From assembly GCF_963921235.1 (NCBI RefSeq), contig NC_086097.1, positions 46,688,001 to 46,752,000 on the forward strand: a stretch of 64,000 bases of DNA. Direction: 5' to 3'. The notes beneath the pieces are model-generated. The model had not been told where the DNA came from and searched no databases. It saw nothing but the letters and a program-made list of their open reading frames with translations. A program made the position numbers and the translations under genes. Each line of letters starts with the position of its first letter. Position 1 is the stretch's first letter. The DNA is from Mobula hypostoma. Taxonomy: Eukaryota. This document shows, one piece after another, positions 54,001 through 64,000 of this stretch.

Positions 54001-57000
54001 ATCTATTCAATCTATTCCTAAATGTCAATGTGGAGTTTTGCCTTCTCCCATTAATTCTAGTTGCATATTCCTTGTTTTGTGTAAGCGGATGGCAAGATTT
54101 TTTAAAAAAAGATAAGTGATCAGGTGATATGGTAACTATGTTATTGTTGGCGTGTGGCCAAGTGGTTAAGGCGTTGGTCTAGTGATCTGAAGGTCACTAG
54201 TTCGAGCCTCAGCTGAGGCAGTGTGTTGTGTCCTTGAGCAAGGTGCTTAACCACACATTGCTCTGCAACGACACCGGTGCTAAGCTGCATCGGCCCTAGT
54301 GCCCTTCCCTTGGACAACATCGGTGGCGTGGAGAGGGGAGACTTACAGCATGGGCAACTGCCGGTCTTCCATACAACCTTGCCCAGGCCTGCACCCTGGA
54401 AACCTTCCAAGGCGCAAATCCATGGTCTCACAAGACTAACAGATGCCTATATATTGATTGAAGAATAATGTCAGCTTGGGTGCTGGTTGAACTCCCATGC
54501 TCTTCCTCAAAATCAGCCAGCAAATCTTTTATGTCCAACAGAGTGAGCAGACAAGGTCCTCTGTGTAGTATTCTAATAATTCTGCAGTGAATTGTCAGCT
54601 GAGATTATGTGTTGAAATCTCAGGAGTAAAGCTTTGGAAACCAGTATAGAAGTGTCCCAGAATTCAGCCCATCAAACCCATTCTTCCAAAGAAACCTACG
54701 GCAGATTCTGATTTTTTTTATTGCCTCAAAGATTAGCACACTGGAAAGGCATTCCCAGTTGTTAATCATTTTTAATACGAGTTTAAACATTTCCTGGTAT
54801 TTACCTATTAACAGTTTGCATGAAAACTTACTTAATACATTCCATCCATTTCAAAGATTTAATAGATTCCTTGCTGCGTTTTGCTGTGTGACTACCTCCC
54901 TGAGAACTACAGGGAGGTAGTCACACCTAGGGTACTGGAAGTAGGTCGTTGGGTGACAGTCAGAGGGGGGGAAAGCAAAGTTGAGTAGACAGGTAGTGCA
55001 GAGCACCCCTGTAGCCATTCCCCTGAATAATAAGTTTACTGTGCTGGATACTATTGGTGGGGACGACCAACCAGGTGTGACCCACAGTAGCAGGGCCTCT
55101 GGCACTGAGTCTGACTCTGTGGTGCAGAAAGATGGGATGGAGAAGAGGAGAGCTGTCGTCATTGGGGATTCTATAGTCATGGGAGCAGACAGGAGATTTT
55201 GTGGACGTGAGAAGGACACCTGCATGGTTTGTTGCCTCCCGGGTGCCAGGGTCCGGGGATGTCTCTGACCGGGTGCACGAAATCCTGGTACGAGAGGGAA
55301 AGCAACCAGAAGTCGTGATACATGTTGGTACCAACGGTATAGGCAGGAAGAGGGATGAAGTCCTGAAGTGTGAGTTTCGGGAACTAGGCAGAAAGCTGAA
55401 GAACAGGACCTCAAGGGTGGCGTTCTCAGGATTGCTGCCAGTGCTACGTGACAGTGATGGTAAGAATTGGAGGAGATGGCAGTTGAATGCGTGGCTGAGG
55501 AGTTGGTGCAGGGAGCACGGTTTTAGATTTTTGGATCATTGGGATTTCTTCTGGGGAAGGTGGGACCTTTGCAGATTGGATGGGTTGCACCTGAACTCGA
55601 GGGGGAGCAATATCCTTGCAGGTAGGTTTCCTAGCATGGTTCGGAAGGATTTAATCTAATTTTCAAGGAGGATGGGACCCGGAGCGATAGAGCAGTGAAA
55701 GAAGTGCATGGAGTAAAGCCAGATCTAACATATAGAGAGGCTTTGAGGAAAGAGAAGCAGAATAAACGGTGTAAAGACAGTAAGGTAGAAGGGCTAAAGT
55801 GTGTGTACCTCAGTGCAAGAAGCATCAGGAACAAAGGTGATGAACTGAGAGCTTGGATACATACATGGAATTATGATGTAGTGGACATTACAGAGACTTG
55901 GCTGGCACCAGGGCAGGAATGGATTCTCAATATTCCTAGATTTCAGTGTTTTAAAAGGGATGGGGGGAAGGGGAGGGGGGTTGGCATTACTGTTCAGGGA
56001 TACTATTACAGCTACAGAAAGGGTGGGTAATGTAGCAGGATCCTCTTTTGAGTCAGTATGGGTGGAAGTCAGGAACAGGAAGGGAGCAGTTACTCTATTG
56101 GGGGTATTCTATAGGCCCCCTGGTATCAGCAGAGATACCGAGGAGCAGATTGGGAGGCAGATTTTGGAAAGGTGCAAAAATAACAGGGTTGTTATCATGG
56201 ATAACTTTAACTTCCCTAATATTGATTGGCACCTGATTAGTTCCAAGGGTTTAGATGGGGCAGAGTTTGTTAAGTGTGTCCAGGATGGATTCCTGTCACA
56301 GTATGTGGACAGGCCAACTAGGGAGAATGCCATACTAGATATAGTACTAGGTAACGAATTGGGTCAGGTCACAGATCTCTCAGTGGGTGAGCATCTGGGG
56401 GACAGTGAGCACCGCTCCCTGGCCTTTAGCATTATCATGGAAAAGGATAGAATCAGGGAGGATAGGAAAATTTTTAATTCGGGAAGGGCAAATTATGAGA
56501 CTATAGGGCTAGAACTTGTGGGTGTGAATTGGGATGATGTTTTTGCAGGGAAATGTACTATGGACATGTGGTCGATGTTTAGGGATCTCTTTCAGGATGT
56601 CAAGGATAAATTTGTCCTGGTGAGGAAGACAAAGAATGGTAGGGTGAAGGAACCATGGATGACAAGTGAGGTGGAAAATCTAGTCAGGTGGAAGAAGGCA
56701 GCATACATGAAGTTTAGGAAGCAAGGATCAGATGGGTCTATTGAGGAATATAGGGAAGGAATATAGGGAATATAGGAGCTTAAGGGGCTGAGAAGAGCAA
56801 GAAGGGGATATGAGAAGGCCTTGGCAAGTAGGGTAAAGGAAAACCCCAAGGCATTCTTCAATTATGTGAAGAACAAAAGGATGACAGGAATGAAGGTAGG
56901 ACCGATTAGAGATAAAGGTGGGAAGATGTGCCTGGAGGCTGTGGAAGTGAGTGAGGTCCTCAATGAATACTTCTCTTCGGTATTCACCAATAAGGTGGAT

Positions 57001-59860
57001 TCAGAGTTGGCTTGCCTGCAGAAGGCAGAGGGTCATGGTGGAGGGAGTACATTCAGATTGGAGGGTTGTGACTAGTGGTATCCCACGAGGATCTGTTCCG
57101 GAACCTCTACTTTTCATGATCTTTATTAACAACCTGGATGTGGGGGTAGAAGGGTAGGTTGGCAAGTTTGCAGATGACACAAAGGTTGGTGGTGTTGTAG
57201 ATAGTATAGAGGTTTGTCAAAGATTGCAGAGAGACATTGGTAGGATGCAGAAGTGGGCTGAGAAGTGGCAGATGGAGTTCAACCCGGAGAAGTGTGAGGT
57301 GGTACACTTTGGAAAGACAAACTCCACGGCAGAGTACAAAGTAAATGGCAGGATACTAGGTAGTGTGGAGGAGCAGAGGGATCTGGGGGTACATGTCTTC
57401 AGATCCCTTAAAGTTGCTTCACAGGTAGATAGAGTAGTTAAGAAAGCTTATGGGGTGTTAGCTTTCATAAGTCGAGGGATAGAGTTTAAGAGTCACGATG
57501 TAATGATGCAGCTCTATAAAACTCTGGTTAGGCCACACTTGGAGTACTGTGTCCAGTTCTGGTCGCCTTACTATAGGAAGGATGTGGAAGCGTTGGAAAG
57601 GGTACAGAGGAGATTTACCAGGATGTTGCCTGGTTTAGAGAGTATGGATTATGATCAGAGATTAAGGGAGCTAGGGCTTTACTCTTTGGAGAGAAGGAGG
57701 ATGAGAGGAGACTTGATAGAGGTGTACAAGATATTCAGAGGAATAGATAGAGTGGACAGCCAGCGCCTCTTCCCCAGGGCACCACTGCTCAATACAAGAG
57801 GATATGGCTTTAAGGTAAGGGGTGGGAAGTTCAAGGGGGATATTAGAGGAAGGTTTTTTACTCAGAGAGTGGTTGGTGCGTGGAATGCACTGCCTGAGTC
57901 AGTGGTAGAGGCAGATACACTAGTGAAGTTTAAGAGACTACTAGACAGGTATATGGAGGAATTTAAGGTGGGGGGTTATATGGGAGGCAGGGTTTGAGGG
58001 TCGGCACAACATTGTGGGCCGAAGGGCCTGTAATGTGTTGTACTATTCTATGTTCTATGTTTTCAGATAAACTTGCAAATTTCTTCATTTCTCAAACATT
58101 TTGTTAATTTCTAAAGTTTCTGTATGGAGTAATCAAGTTTAGCACTTGATTATATCCATGATATTTGTGTTTGCTAGCTCCATGGGGGGAAAAAACTAAA
58201 AGCTCAGCAGGTTATTGGCCCACCCAGCTTGCATTGCTGTTCTTCTTCTGTACAAATACCTGCCAGAATCTCTTTTATTGACTTTGCTCCCATAGAATAG
58301 ACTTTGTTTCCCCTTTCTTTTAACAACTGCTTTTGTACCACACACCCCAACCCCCACTGATTTGAATAGTAACTTCCACAATCTTATTTTTATATAGAAG
58401 TCCTGTATTTAGTTTTAACTCTACCATGTGTACTATAAGAACCATAAAATGTTGTAAAGTTCACAGTGAGTACAAACTGGTTAAAGGCAAATTCAACTTG
58501 TATTTATACTTCTCCATTTTAAAAAATCCCAGCAACTTGAAATTACAATCAATTCCATAAGCCAGCCCTTTATAAATTTAAATACTTCTATCAAAGCATC
58601 ACCTATATCTTTTAGAATTAATTTTAAAGTTCTCTTATTTGTTTTTACAGCTCTTGATAGTCTAGAACTGGAGTACATCACAGAATAGTTTTCTTTTTGT
58701 AATTCTGCTTGAGCTCTCGTGTGTTCTTCCGCTGGTCTCTTAAATTTAAACAATCTCCCTGAAAAGATCATTGGCAGGTCATCTTTTTTTGACCCAATGC
58801 TCCTAAACTGTGGAATTCAATGCCTGAAACTATAAGGGACGCAGTCTCAATTGATACTGTTGAAGAGCAGATTTAAAAACTATTTATTTAACTTTGCTTT
58901 TAACCAACATCGTCTTGTCATTTATTTTCAGGTTTATTTTAATTTTTTAATTTTATTTTCATGTTTGCATTTTATTCCGTTGTAAAGCACTTCCAATTAC
59001 ATCATCTATATGAAAAGCACTCAATAAATAAAGTTATTGTTATAAAATATTACCTGATTGCAAAATAAAACAAACTATAATGGATTCTGAAAATGCTGTC
59101 AAAAATCGGCCAAGGAATATCTTCCCCACTGCAGTATAGTCCCAACATGATATGTACACAAGATGGGATTCCTAAACCTAGGTCCATAACAACTAAAGCT
59201 CCATGTCTACTAACTACCCTTTCATTGATGGCTATTATTTGATGCACACAATATTATTACCTATATCTTCTTTCCTATCCAACACAGGGAATTCATTAAG
59301 AACCTTAAAGAAGATAATTCTGCATCTCTCAATGAGGTAGAAAAGGCATTAAATGAAGCACGACATGAACTCAACAAAATTCTTTCAGATGATCTCCTTT
59401 CTAAAGTTTTGGTAGGTTGTCAATAGTTCTCTCAAATGTTTAAATATCAATGACTTGGTATTATACCGTTAACTGTATTTTCTAGTGTTGTTTTAAGAAG
59501 ATCATGAAAAATAAGCAGTTGTCCAGCAGTGAAGATTTTGATCAGTTAATGGGCATGACTGAAAAATATTGTTACGAGTTAAAGAAAATGAAAGAGGCTA
59601 ATTACCAGGTAAATCGCTTATTGCTCTTAAATAAAAAGCTTCAGTTATTTTTTTAAAGAGGTGCTTCTTATAAATAACCAAAAGTTGCATATCTATTTAA
59701 ATAAAAGGTGGTGATTTCTGATCTTCACTATCAGTTTGTTAGAGAGTACATTACTGCATTCATGAAAAAGAAAATCAGCAAAAAAACATCTTCAAAGCAT
59801 ATCACAGCAGCTAAGATAAGAGAAGAGTTGGGAGCAATAAATAAAATGTATGAAGAATTT
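8755..59860 (+). CDS. EXOC3L4: Exocyst complex component 3-like (Sec6 family; EXOC3L4/TNFAIP2-like) gene, multi-exon, 3' end not found in window
   Basis: Spliced translation gives [12 protein letters not shown]...RRPRKWR...[30 protein letters not shown]...[33 protein letters not shown]...|[10 protein letters not shown]...|[10 protein letters not shown]. All introns are GT-AG with matching phases. Family assignment is strong; the exact paralogue (EXOC3L4 vs TNFAIP2 or EXOC3L2) is tentative. Confidence 0.8.
9259..11328 (+). mobile_element. 5'-truncated CR1 LINE (ORF2 RT plus 3' tail) inserted in repeat unit 1
   Basis: Peptides [15 protein letters not shown] and [14 protein letters not shown]; tail cttatgatcttgtggtct; absent from the matching position in unit 2 (about 13145-13158). 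Confidence 0.9.
12583..12981 (+). CDS. EXOC3L4: Exon A copy 2 (ATG at 12606)
   Basis: Same acceptor and donor as copy 1; 399 nt; open frame. Confidence 0.7.
13601..14239 (+). repeat. Left LTR-like terminus, inverted relative to the right LTR, with about 70-bp inverted ends of its own
   Basis: The reverse complement of 13680-14239 aligns with 20285-20790 (ttgtgtggatgctg, aaagaaaagggcc, gttggagctca, caacctta-tgtccctcacc). 13601-13673 is an inverted copy of 14169-14239. Confidence 0.85.
18403..19308 (-). mobile_element. Rex1/Babar-like LINE, 5'-truncated, nested in the Gypsy gag
   Basis: ORF 18558-19106 ([33 protein letters not shown]); (ATGACT)n tail; near-identical to the copies at 27294 and 43318. 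Confidence 0.85.
20263..20281 (-). other. Degenerate tRNA-Pro-type primer-binding site
   Basis: Minus strand TGGGTGTATCATCCGGGAT lies 3 nt after the LTR end and resembles TGGGGGCTCGTCCGGGAT. Confidence 0.6.
20285..20880 (-). repeat. Gypsy 5' LTR (about 596 bp)
   Basis: Lies between the TSD and the PBS; short inverted ends gaaacaccctg...cagggattaca. Confidence 0.8.
21679..22077 (+). CDS. EXOC3L4: Exon A copy 3 (ATG at 21702)
   Basis: Same acceptor and donor; 399 nt; open frame; nearest copy to exon B. Confidence 0.75.
23200..24420 (-). mobile_element. CR1 3' fragment interrupted by a MITE
   Basis: Reverse-strand CR1 tail (ccataagatataggagcagaattaagccatt); the RPHLEY-coding segment is split at actccaag. 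Confidence 0.75.
23721..24369. mobile_element. Non-autonomous DNA transposon (MITE, probably hAT-related)
   Basis: TIRs CAGACATCCCACC...GGTGGGATGTCTG; duplicated target CTCCAAG at 23714-23720 and 24370-24376; host CR1 resumes precisely. Confidence 0.85.
25634..26285 (+). CDS. EXOC3L4: Exon B (Sec6 domain N-terminal part)
   Basis: Acceptor ttttgcag|TA and donor AAAAG|gtagag; phase 1-2; VMEINQLI...[10 protein letters not shown]...[18 protein letters not shown]...[10 protein letters not shown]. Confidence 0.92.
27294..27864 (-). mobile_element. Rex1/Babar-like LINE 3' fragment
   Basis: [15 protein letters not shown]...[15 protein letters not shown]; (ATGACT)n tail. Confidence 0.85.
29745..29862 (+). 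CDS. EXOC3L4: Exon C
   Basis: cttgtag|T...AAG|gtatga; phase 2-0; (S)[39 protein letters not shown], typical of the EXOC3 family. Confidence 0.9.
31231..31359 (+). CDS. EXOC3L4: Exon D
   Basis: ttccag|TTA...CAG|gtaagt; 129 nt, phase 0-0; [43 protein letters not shown]. Confidence 0.88.
34225..38232 (-). mobile_element. Second CR1 LINE nested in the previous one (5' UTR, ORF1, most of ORF2; 3' tail missing)
   Basis: ORF2 peptides 34181-36856 and ORF1 peptides 36883-37800; about 103-bp tandem repeat at 38041-38232; same subfamily as 9259-11328. Confidence 0.85.
39163..39702 (+). mobile_element. Internally deleted RLE-type (HERO-like) non-LTR retrotransposon
   Basis: [19 protein letters not shown] fused to C-terminal PVEVGCRGF...[13 protein letters not shown]; inserted in a G-run of the host CR1 (ctactgtttggg|...|ggggtctgtatat). 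Confidence 0.7.
42267..42367 (+). CDS. EXOC3L4: Exon E
   Basis: ttttcag|ATC...CACTG|gtaatt; phase 0-2; [33 protein letters not shown]. Confidence 0.88.
43318..45018 (-). mobile_element. Rex1/Babar-like LINE (RT largely open), nested in an older L2-like 3' end
   Basis: 330-aa ORF 43457-44449: [39 protein letters not shown]; (ATGACT)n tail. Confidence 0.9.
45053..45086 (+). repeat. (AC)n microsatellite
   Basis: About 17 AC units. Confidence 0.95.
46253..46342 (+). CDS. EXOC3L4: Exon F
   Basis: atccag|C...CTTGG|gtgagt; 90 nt, phase 2-2, bridging exons E and G exactly; (C)[29 protein letters not shown](G). Confidence 0.82.
49253..49458 (+). mobile_element. tRNA-derived SINE with (CTT)n tail
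   Basis: A box TGGCGTACTGG, B box GAGTTCAAATCC; imperfect 13-bp TSD tgagcctttcttc/tgagtcttacttc. Confidence 0.8.
49829..50910 (+). mobile_element. hAT DNA transposon deletion derivative
   Basis: 8-bp TSD gtcgccag/gtcaccag; right TIR TTAGAGGGAACATTG with a degenerate left TIR; dimerisation-domain remnant [30 protein letters not shown] at about 50500-50646. Confidence 0.88.
51921..53960 (-). mobile_element. Decayed CR1 fragment (ORF1 end and ORF2 EN/RT)
   Basis: Peptides [37 protein letters not shown]. Confidence 0.8.
54148..54452 (+). mobile_element. tRNA-derived SINE
   Basis: A box TGGCCAAGTGG (54155-54165), B box AGTTCGAGCC (54199-54208), followed by gtgtccttgagcaagg. Confidence 0.8.
54903..58060 (+). 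mobile_element. 5'-truncated CR1 LINE with an internal ORF2 deletion near 56990
   Basis: Esterase and endonuclease ORFs (55201-56766); YFSSVFTNK jumps straight to WIQSWLA; C-terminal 257-aa ORF; tail ttctatgttctatgtt. Confidence 0.9.
58620..59045 (+). mobile_element. L2-like LINE 3' end, degenerate
   Basis: aaactgtggaattcaatgcctgaaactataagg...tgtaaagcact...aataaataaagttatt. Confidence 0.5.
59288..59411 (+). CDS. EXOC3L4: Exon G
   Basis: aacacag|G...TTG|gtaggt; phase 2-0; [41 protein letters not shown]. Confidence 0.85.
59486..59608 (+). CDS. EXOC3L4: Exon H
   Basis: ttttctag|TGT...CAG|gtaaat; 123 nt; [41 protein letters not shown]. Confidence 0.85.
59708..59860 (+). CDS. EXOC3L4: Exon I
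   Basis: aaaag|GTG...TTT|gtaagt; 153 nt; [22 protein letters not shown]...[18 protein letters not shown]. Confidence 0.88.
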
Positions 59861-60798
59861 GTAAGTATATACCATTTTTTTTGTTTCTTCCTGTGTTTTT
59901 TGCAAATATTTTGTGTATACAAATTGATGCATTCCAGTACTAATTTCCTCTCTGAGCCAAAGCAAACACCACATAGAATTGTGTAAATATTCAGAATTAA
60001 TTATGTAGCCTATATCTAGTCAGCAACTATATCTAGGTAGCAACTGTTCCTTTTAATCTTCAGCATTATTAGATGATTTTTGCATTCCCTTTTAATCCCT
60101 GATATAAAATTTAGCTAAATCTGGTGAAATTTGCAAATATTTATTTTAGGTATTACCCTAAAATAAAAATTAGCTTCCAAAAAGTTCCTGCAAATATGCA
60201 CACTTCCGAGGGTGTTCACCTGAAATATCAAAAGACCATGTCAGCAACTAAGGGGAAAAAACTCATTGTTATGGACTGCTTTTCTTTACTGGTATATAAA
60301 AAAATTAAAATAAATTGGGAAGGTGTTGGGAAAAATGTAGAGGAACCTGCTGATAGATCAACAGAAATCCTATCACCTCAAAAATCCTTCTTGGGTTTAG
60401 AAGGTCCAGTTTCAAAGCGTTTGATATTTATTTTGCTTACATAATAAAGAATAATGTGGGACATAGAGATAGAAGTTATTCTTTTTAAATATTTTTATTG
60501 AATTAGTACACAAAAGGTAAAACATATAGCAACCAATACATTGTTAAGATATAAATATACAAGTAATATTAATACAAAAAAACAATGCAAACAATGTAAG
60601 TTAGTTATAAAATAACAAGGTAATATAGTTGTATACTAATTTTCCATATATATCGATAAATGAGAAATAAAACAGGAAAAAAAACCCAAAAAAAATACCT
60701 ACCATGCAACTAACCTACAAAGCAAAGCAATGGAAGCAACACACATCAAAGTTGCTGGTGGACGCAGCAGGCCAGGCAGCATCTCTAGGAAGAGGTAC

Positions 60799-60834
60799 AG
60801 TCGACGTTTCAGGCCGAGACCCTTCGTCAGGAGT
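60799..60834 (-). ncRNA. Minimal hammerhead ribozyme motif (Penelope-type), core intact
   Basis: Minus strand actc-CTGACGA-agggtctcggcct-GAAA-cgTC-gact. Confidence 0.6.
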
Positions 60835-63620
60835 AACTGAAGGAAGGGCTAGTAAGAGATTTGAAAGTGGGAGGGGGAGGGGGAGATCCAAAATGATAGG
60901 AGAAGACAGGAGGGGGAGGGATGGAGCCAAAAGCTGGACAGGTGATAGGCAAAAGGTGATATGAGAGGATCATAGGACAGCAGGCCCAGGGAGAATGACG
61001 GGGGGGAACCCAGAGGATGGGCAAGGGGTATAGTCAGAGGGACAGAGGGAGAAAAAGGAGAGTGAGAGAAAGAATGTATGTATAAAAATAAATAATGGAT
61101 GGGGTACGAGGGGGAGGTGGGGCATTAGCGGAAGTTAGAGAAGTCAATGTTCATGCCATCGGGTTGGAGGCTACCCAGACAGAATATAAGGTGTTGTTCC
61201 TCCAACCTGAGTGTGGCTTCATCTTTACAGTAGAGGAGGCTGTGGATAGACATGTCAGAATGGGATGTAGAATTAAAATGTGTGGCCACTGGGAGATCCT
61301 GCTTTCTCTGGCGGACAGAGCGTAGGTGTTCAGCAAAGCGGTCTCCCGGTCTGCGTAGGGTCTCGCCAATATATAGAAGGCCACATCGGGAGCACCGGAC
61401 GCAGTATATCACCCCAGCCAACTCACAGGTGAAGTGTCGCCTCACCTGGAAGGACTGTCTGGGGCCCTGAATGGTGGTAATGGAGGAAGTGTAAGGGCAT
61501 GTGTAGCACTTGTTCCGCTTACAAGGATAAGTGCCAGGAGGAAGATCAGGTAGAAACAGGAAGTGCGAGGTGTGGGGACTATAAGGTTGGTATCAGTGGA
61601 TGGGAGATCCCCTGAGCGGATAAAGTCGTGACCCCACTAAGGAGCAGCAGGCCATTGTCTCCCACACCATCACCGACTTTATCCGCTCAGAGGATCTCCC
61701 ATCCACTGCTACCAACCTTATAGTTCCCACACCTCGCACTTCCCGTTTCTACCTCCTACCCAAGATCCACAAACCTGCCTGTCCTGGCAGACCTATTGTC
61801 TCAACTTGCTCCTGCCCCACCGAACTTGTTTCTGCATACCTTGACACGGTTTTATCCCCCCTTATTCAATCCCTTCCTACCTATGTTCGTGACACTTCTC
61901 ACGCTCTTAAACCTTTCAATGATTTTAAGTTCCCTGGCCCCCACCGCTTTATTTTCACCATGGATGTCCAGTCCCTATATACTTCCATCCCCCATCAGGA
62001 AGGTCTCAAAGCTCTCCGCTTCTTTTTGGATTCCAGACCTAATCAGTTCCCCCCTACCACCACTCTGCTCCGTCTAGCGGAATTAAATTAGTCCTTACTC
62101 TTAATAATTTCCCCTTTGGCTCCTCCCACTTCGTCCAAACTAAAGGTGTAGCTATGGGCACCCGTATGGGTCCTAGCTATGCCTGCCGTTTTGTTGGGTT
62201 TGTGGAACAATCTATGTTCCGTGCCTATTCTGGTATCTGTCCCCCACTTTTCCTTCGCTGTATCGACGACTGCATTGGTGCTGCTTCCTGCACACATGCT
62301 GAGCTCGTTGACTTTATTAACTTTGCTTCCAACTTTCACCCTGCCCTCAAGTTTACCTGGTCCATTTCCGACACCTCCCTCCCCTTGCTAGATCTTTCTG
62401 TCTCCATCTCTGGAGACAGCTTATCCACTGATGTCTACTATAAGCCTACTGACTCTCACAGCTATCTGGACTATTCCTCTTCTCACCCTGTCTCTTGCAA
62501 AAATGCCATCCTCTTCTCGCAATTCCTCCGTCTCCGCCGCATCTGCTCTCAGGATGAGGCTTTTCATTCCAGGACGAGGGAGATGTCCTTTTTTAAGGAA
62601 AGGGGCTTCCCTTCCTCCACCATCAACTCTGCTCTCAAATGCATCTCCTCCATTTCACGCACATCTGCTCTCACTCCATCATCCCGCCACCCCATTAGGA
62701 ATAGGGTTCCCCTGGTCCTCAACTACCACCCCACCAGCCACCGGGTCCAACATATTATTCTCCGTAACTTCCGCCACCTCCAACGGCATCCCACCACTAA
62801 GCACATCTTTCCCTCCCCCCATCTCTGCTTTCCACAAGGATCGCTCCCTACGCGACTCGCTTGTCCATTCGTCCCCCCCATCCCTCCCCACTGATCTCCC
62901 TCCTGGCACTTATCCTTGTAGGTGGAACAAGTGCTACACTTGCCCTTACACTTCCTCCCTTACCACCATTCAGGTCCCCAGACAGTCCTTCCAGGTGAGG
63001 CGACACTTCACCTATGAGTCGGCTAGGGTGATATACTGTGTCCGGTGCTCCCGATGTGGCCTTCTATATATTGGCGAGACCCGACGCAGACAGGGAGACC
63101 GCTTTGCTAAACACCTACGCTCTGTCCACCAGAGAAAGCAGGATCTCCCAGTGGCCACACATTTTAATTCCACATCCCATTCCCATTCTGACATGTCTAT
63201 CCACGGCCTCCTCTACTGTAAAGATGAAGTCACACTCAGGTTGGAGGAACAACACCTTATATTCCATCTGGGTAGCCTCCAACCTGATGGCATGAACATT
63301 GACTTCTCTAACTTCCGCTAATGCCCCACCTCCCCCTCGTACCCCATCTGTTATTTATTTTTATACACACATTCTTTCTCTCACTCTCCTTTTTCTCTCT
63401 CTGTCCCTCTGACTATACCCCTTGCCCATCCTCTGCGTCCCCCCCCCCACCTCCTTGTCTTTCTTCCCGGACCTCCTGTCCCATGATCCTCTCATATCCC
63501 TTTTGCCTATCACCTGTCCAGCTCTTGGCTCCATCCCTCCCCCTCCTGTCTTCTCCTATCATTTTGGATCTCCCCCTCCCCCTCCCACTTTCAAATCTCT
63601 TACTAACTCTTCCTTCAGTT

Positions 63621-63656
63621 AGTCCTGACAAAGGGTCTCGGCCTGAAACGTCGACT
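63621..63656 (+). ncRNA. Minimal hammerhead ribozyme motif with a core mutation
   Basis: agtc-CTGACAA-agggtctcggcct-GAAA-cgTC-gact; stem I agtc/gact intact, G8 changed to A. Confidence 0.5.
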
Positions 63657-64000
63657 GCACCTCTTCCTAGAGATGCTGCCTGGCCTGCTGCGTTCACCAG
63701 CAACTTTGATGTGTGTTGCTTGAATTTCTAGCATCTGCAGAATTCCTGTTGTAAGCAAAGCAATGGGCTAACTAGGTAAATAGTAGACTTGAACAAATTA
63801 AACAATCACGTCCTCAAACCCGACCTCCACTAATAGCAGATAAAATTCACGAAGGGAGTGTATGTATGATCAGAGAGAAAAAAAAGTTACATTAAATGAA
63901 AATATTGAATAAAAGATCTCCAGTTCTGTTCAAATTTAACTGAAGTATCATAAAGATTACTTCTGATTTTTTTCCAAATTTAGACATAGTATCATTTGAG

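Larger units (their letters stand above)
60734..63752. mobile_element. Penelope-like element (RT plus GIY-YIG), inverted/palindromic arrangement, 14-bp TSD
   Basis: RT motifs MDVQSLYT, MGTRMGPSYA, RCIDD, YYKPTD; GIY-YIG VIYCVRCSRCGLLYIGET on both strands; AAGCAAAGCAATGG at 60720-60733 and 63753-63766. Confidence 0.93.
60480..64000 (-). mobile_element. Probable L1-type 3' end (60480-60733 and 63753-64000) interrupted by Penelope
   Basis: Reverse tail signature tttttattg near 60492; composition and phrasing similar to the L1 at the window start. Confidence 0.45.

Noticed and set aside
54148..54220. tRNA gene
   Set aside because: A and B boxes are present, but I found no complete cloverleaf and it runs into a SINE body. 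The same applies to 49253-49320.

Overview
Vertebrate genomic DNA, most likely from a cartilaginous fish (shark or ray); this is inferred from the repeat families present. It is dominated by decayed transposons: CR1, Rex1/Babar-like, L1, L2, Penelope, HERO-like, Gypsy, hAT/MITE and tRNA-SINEs. One + strand protein-coding gene runs through the window, an exocyst Sec6/EXOC3-family member (EXOC3L4/TNFAIP2-like). I could join its coding exons by hand into one open, phase-consistent frame: exon A, 25634-26285, 29745-29862, 31231-31359, 42267-42367, 46253-46342, 59288-59411, 59486-59608, 59708-59860. Its last exons were not found and probably lie beyond the window. Main points of interest: (1) the first coding exon is present as three intact, symmetric 399-nt copies; (2) a 7.3-kb Gypsy element with a 4-bp TSD has terminal repeats that are inverted and more diverged than the host duplicates that bound its age; (3) a palindromic Penelope insertion carries hammerhead ribozyme motifs; (4) a candidate promoter has a strong IRF/ISRE motif. 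All alignments and identities were done by eye.
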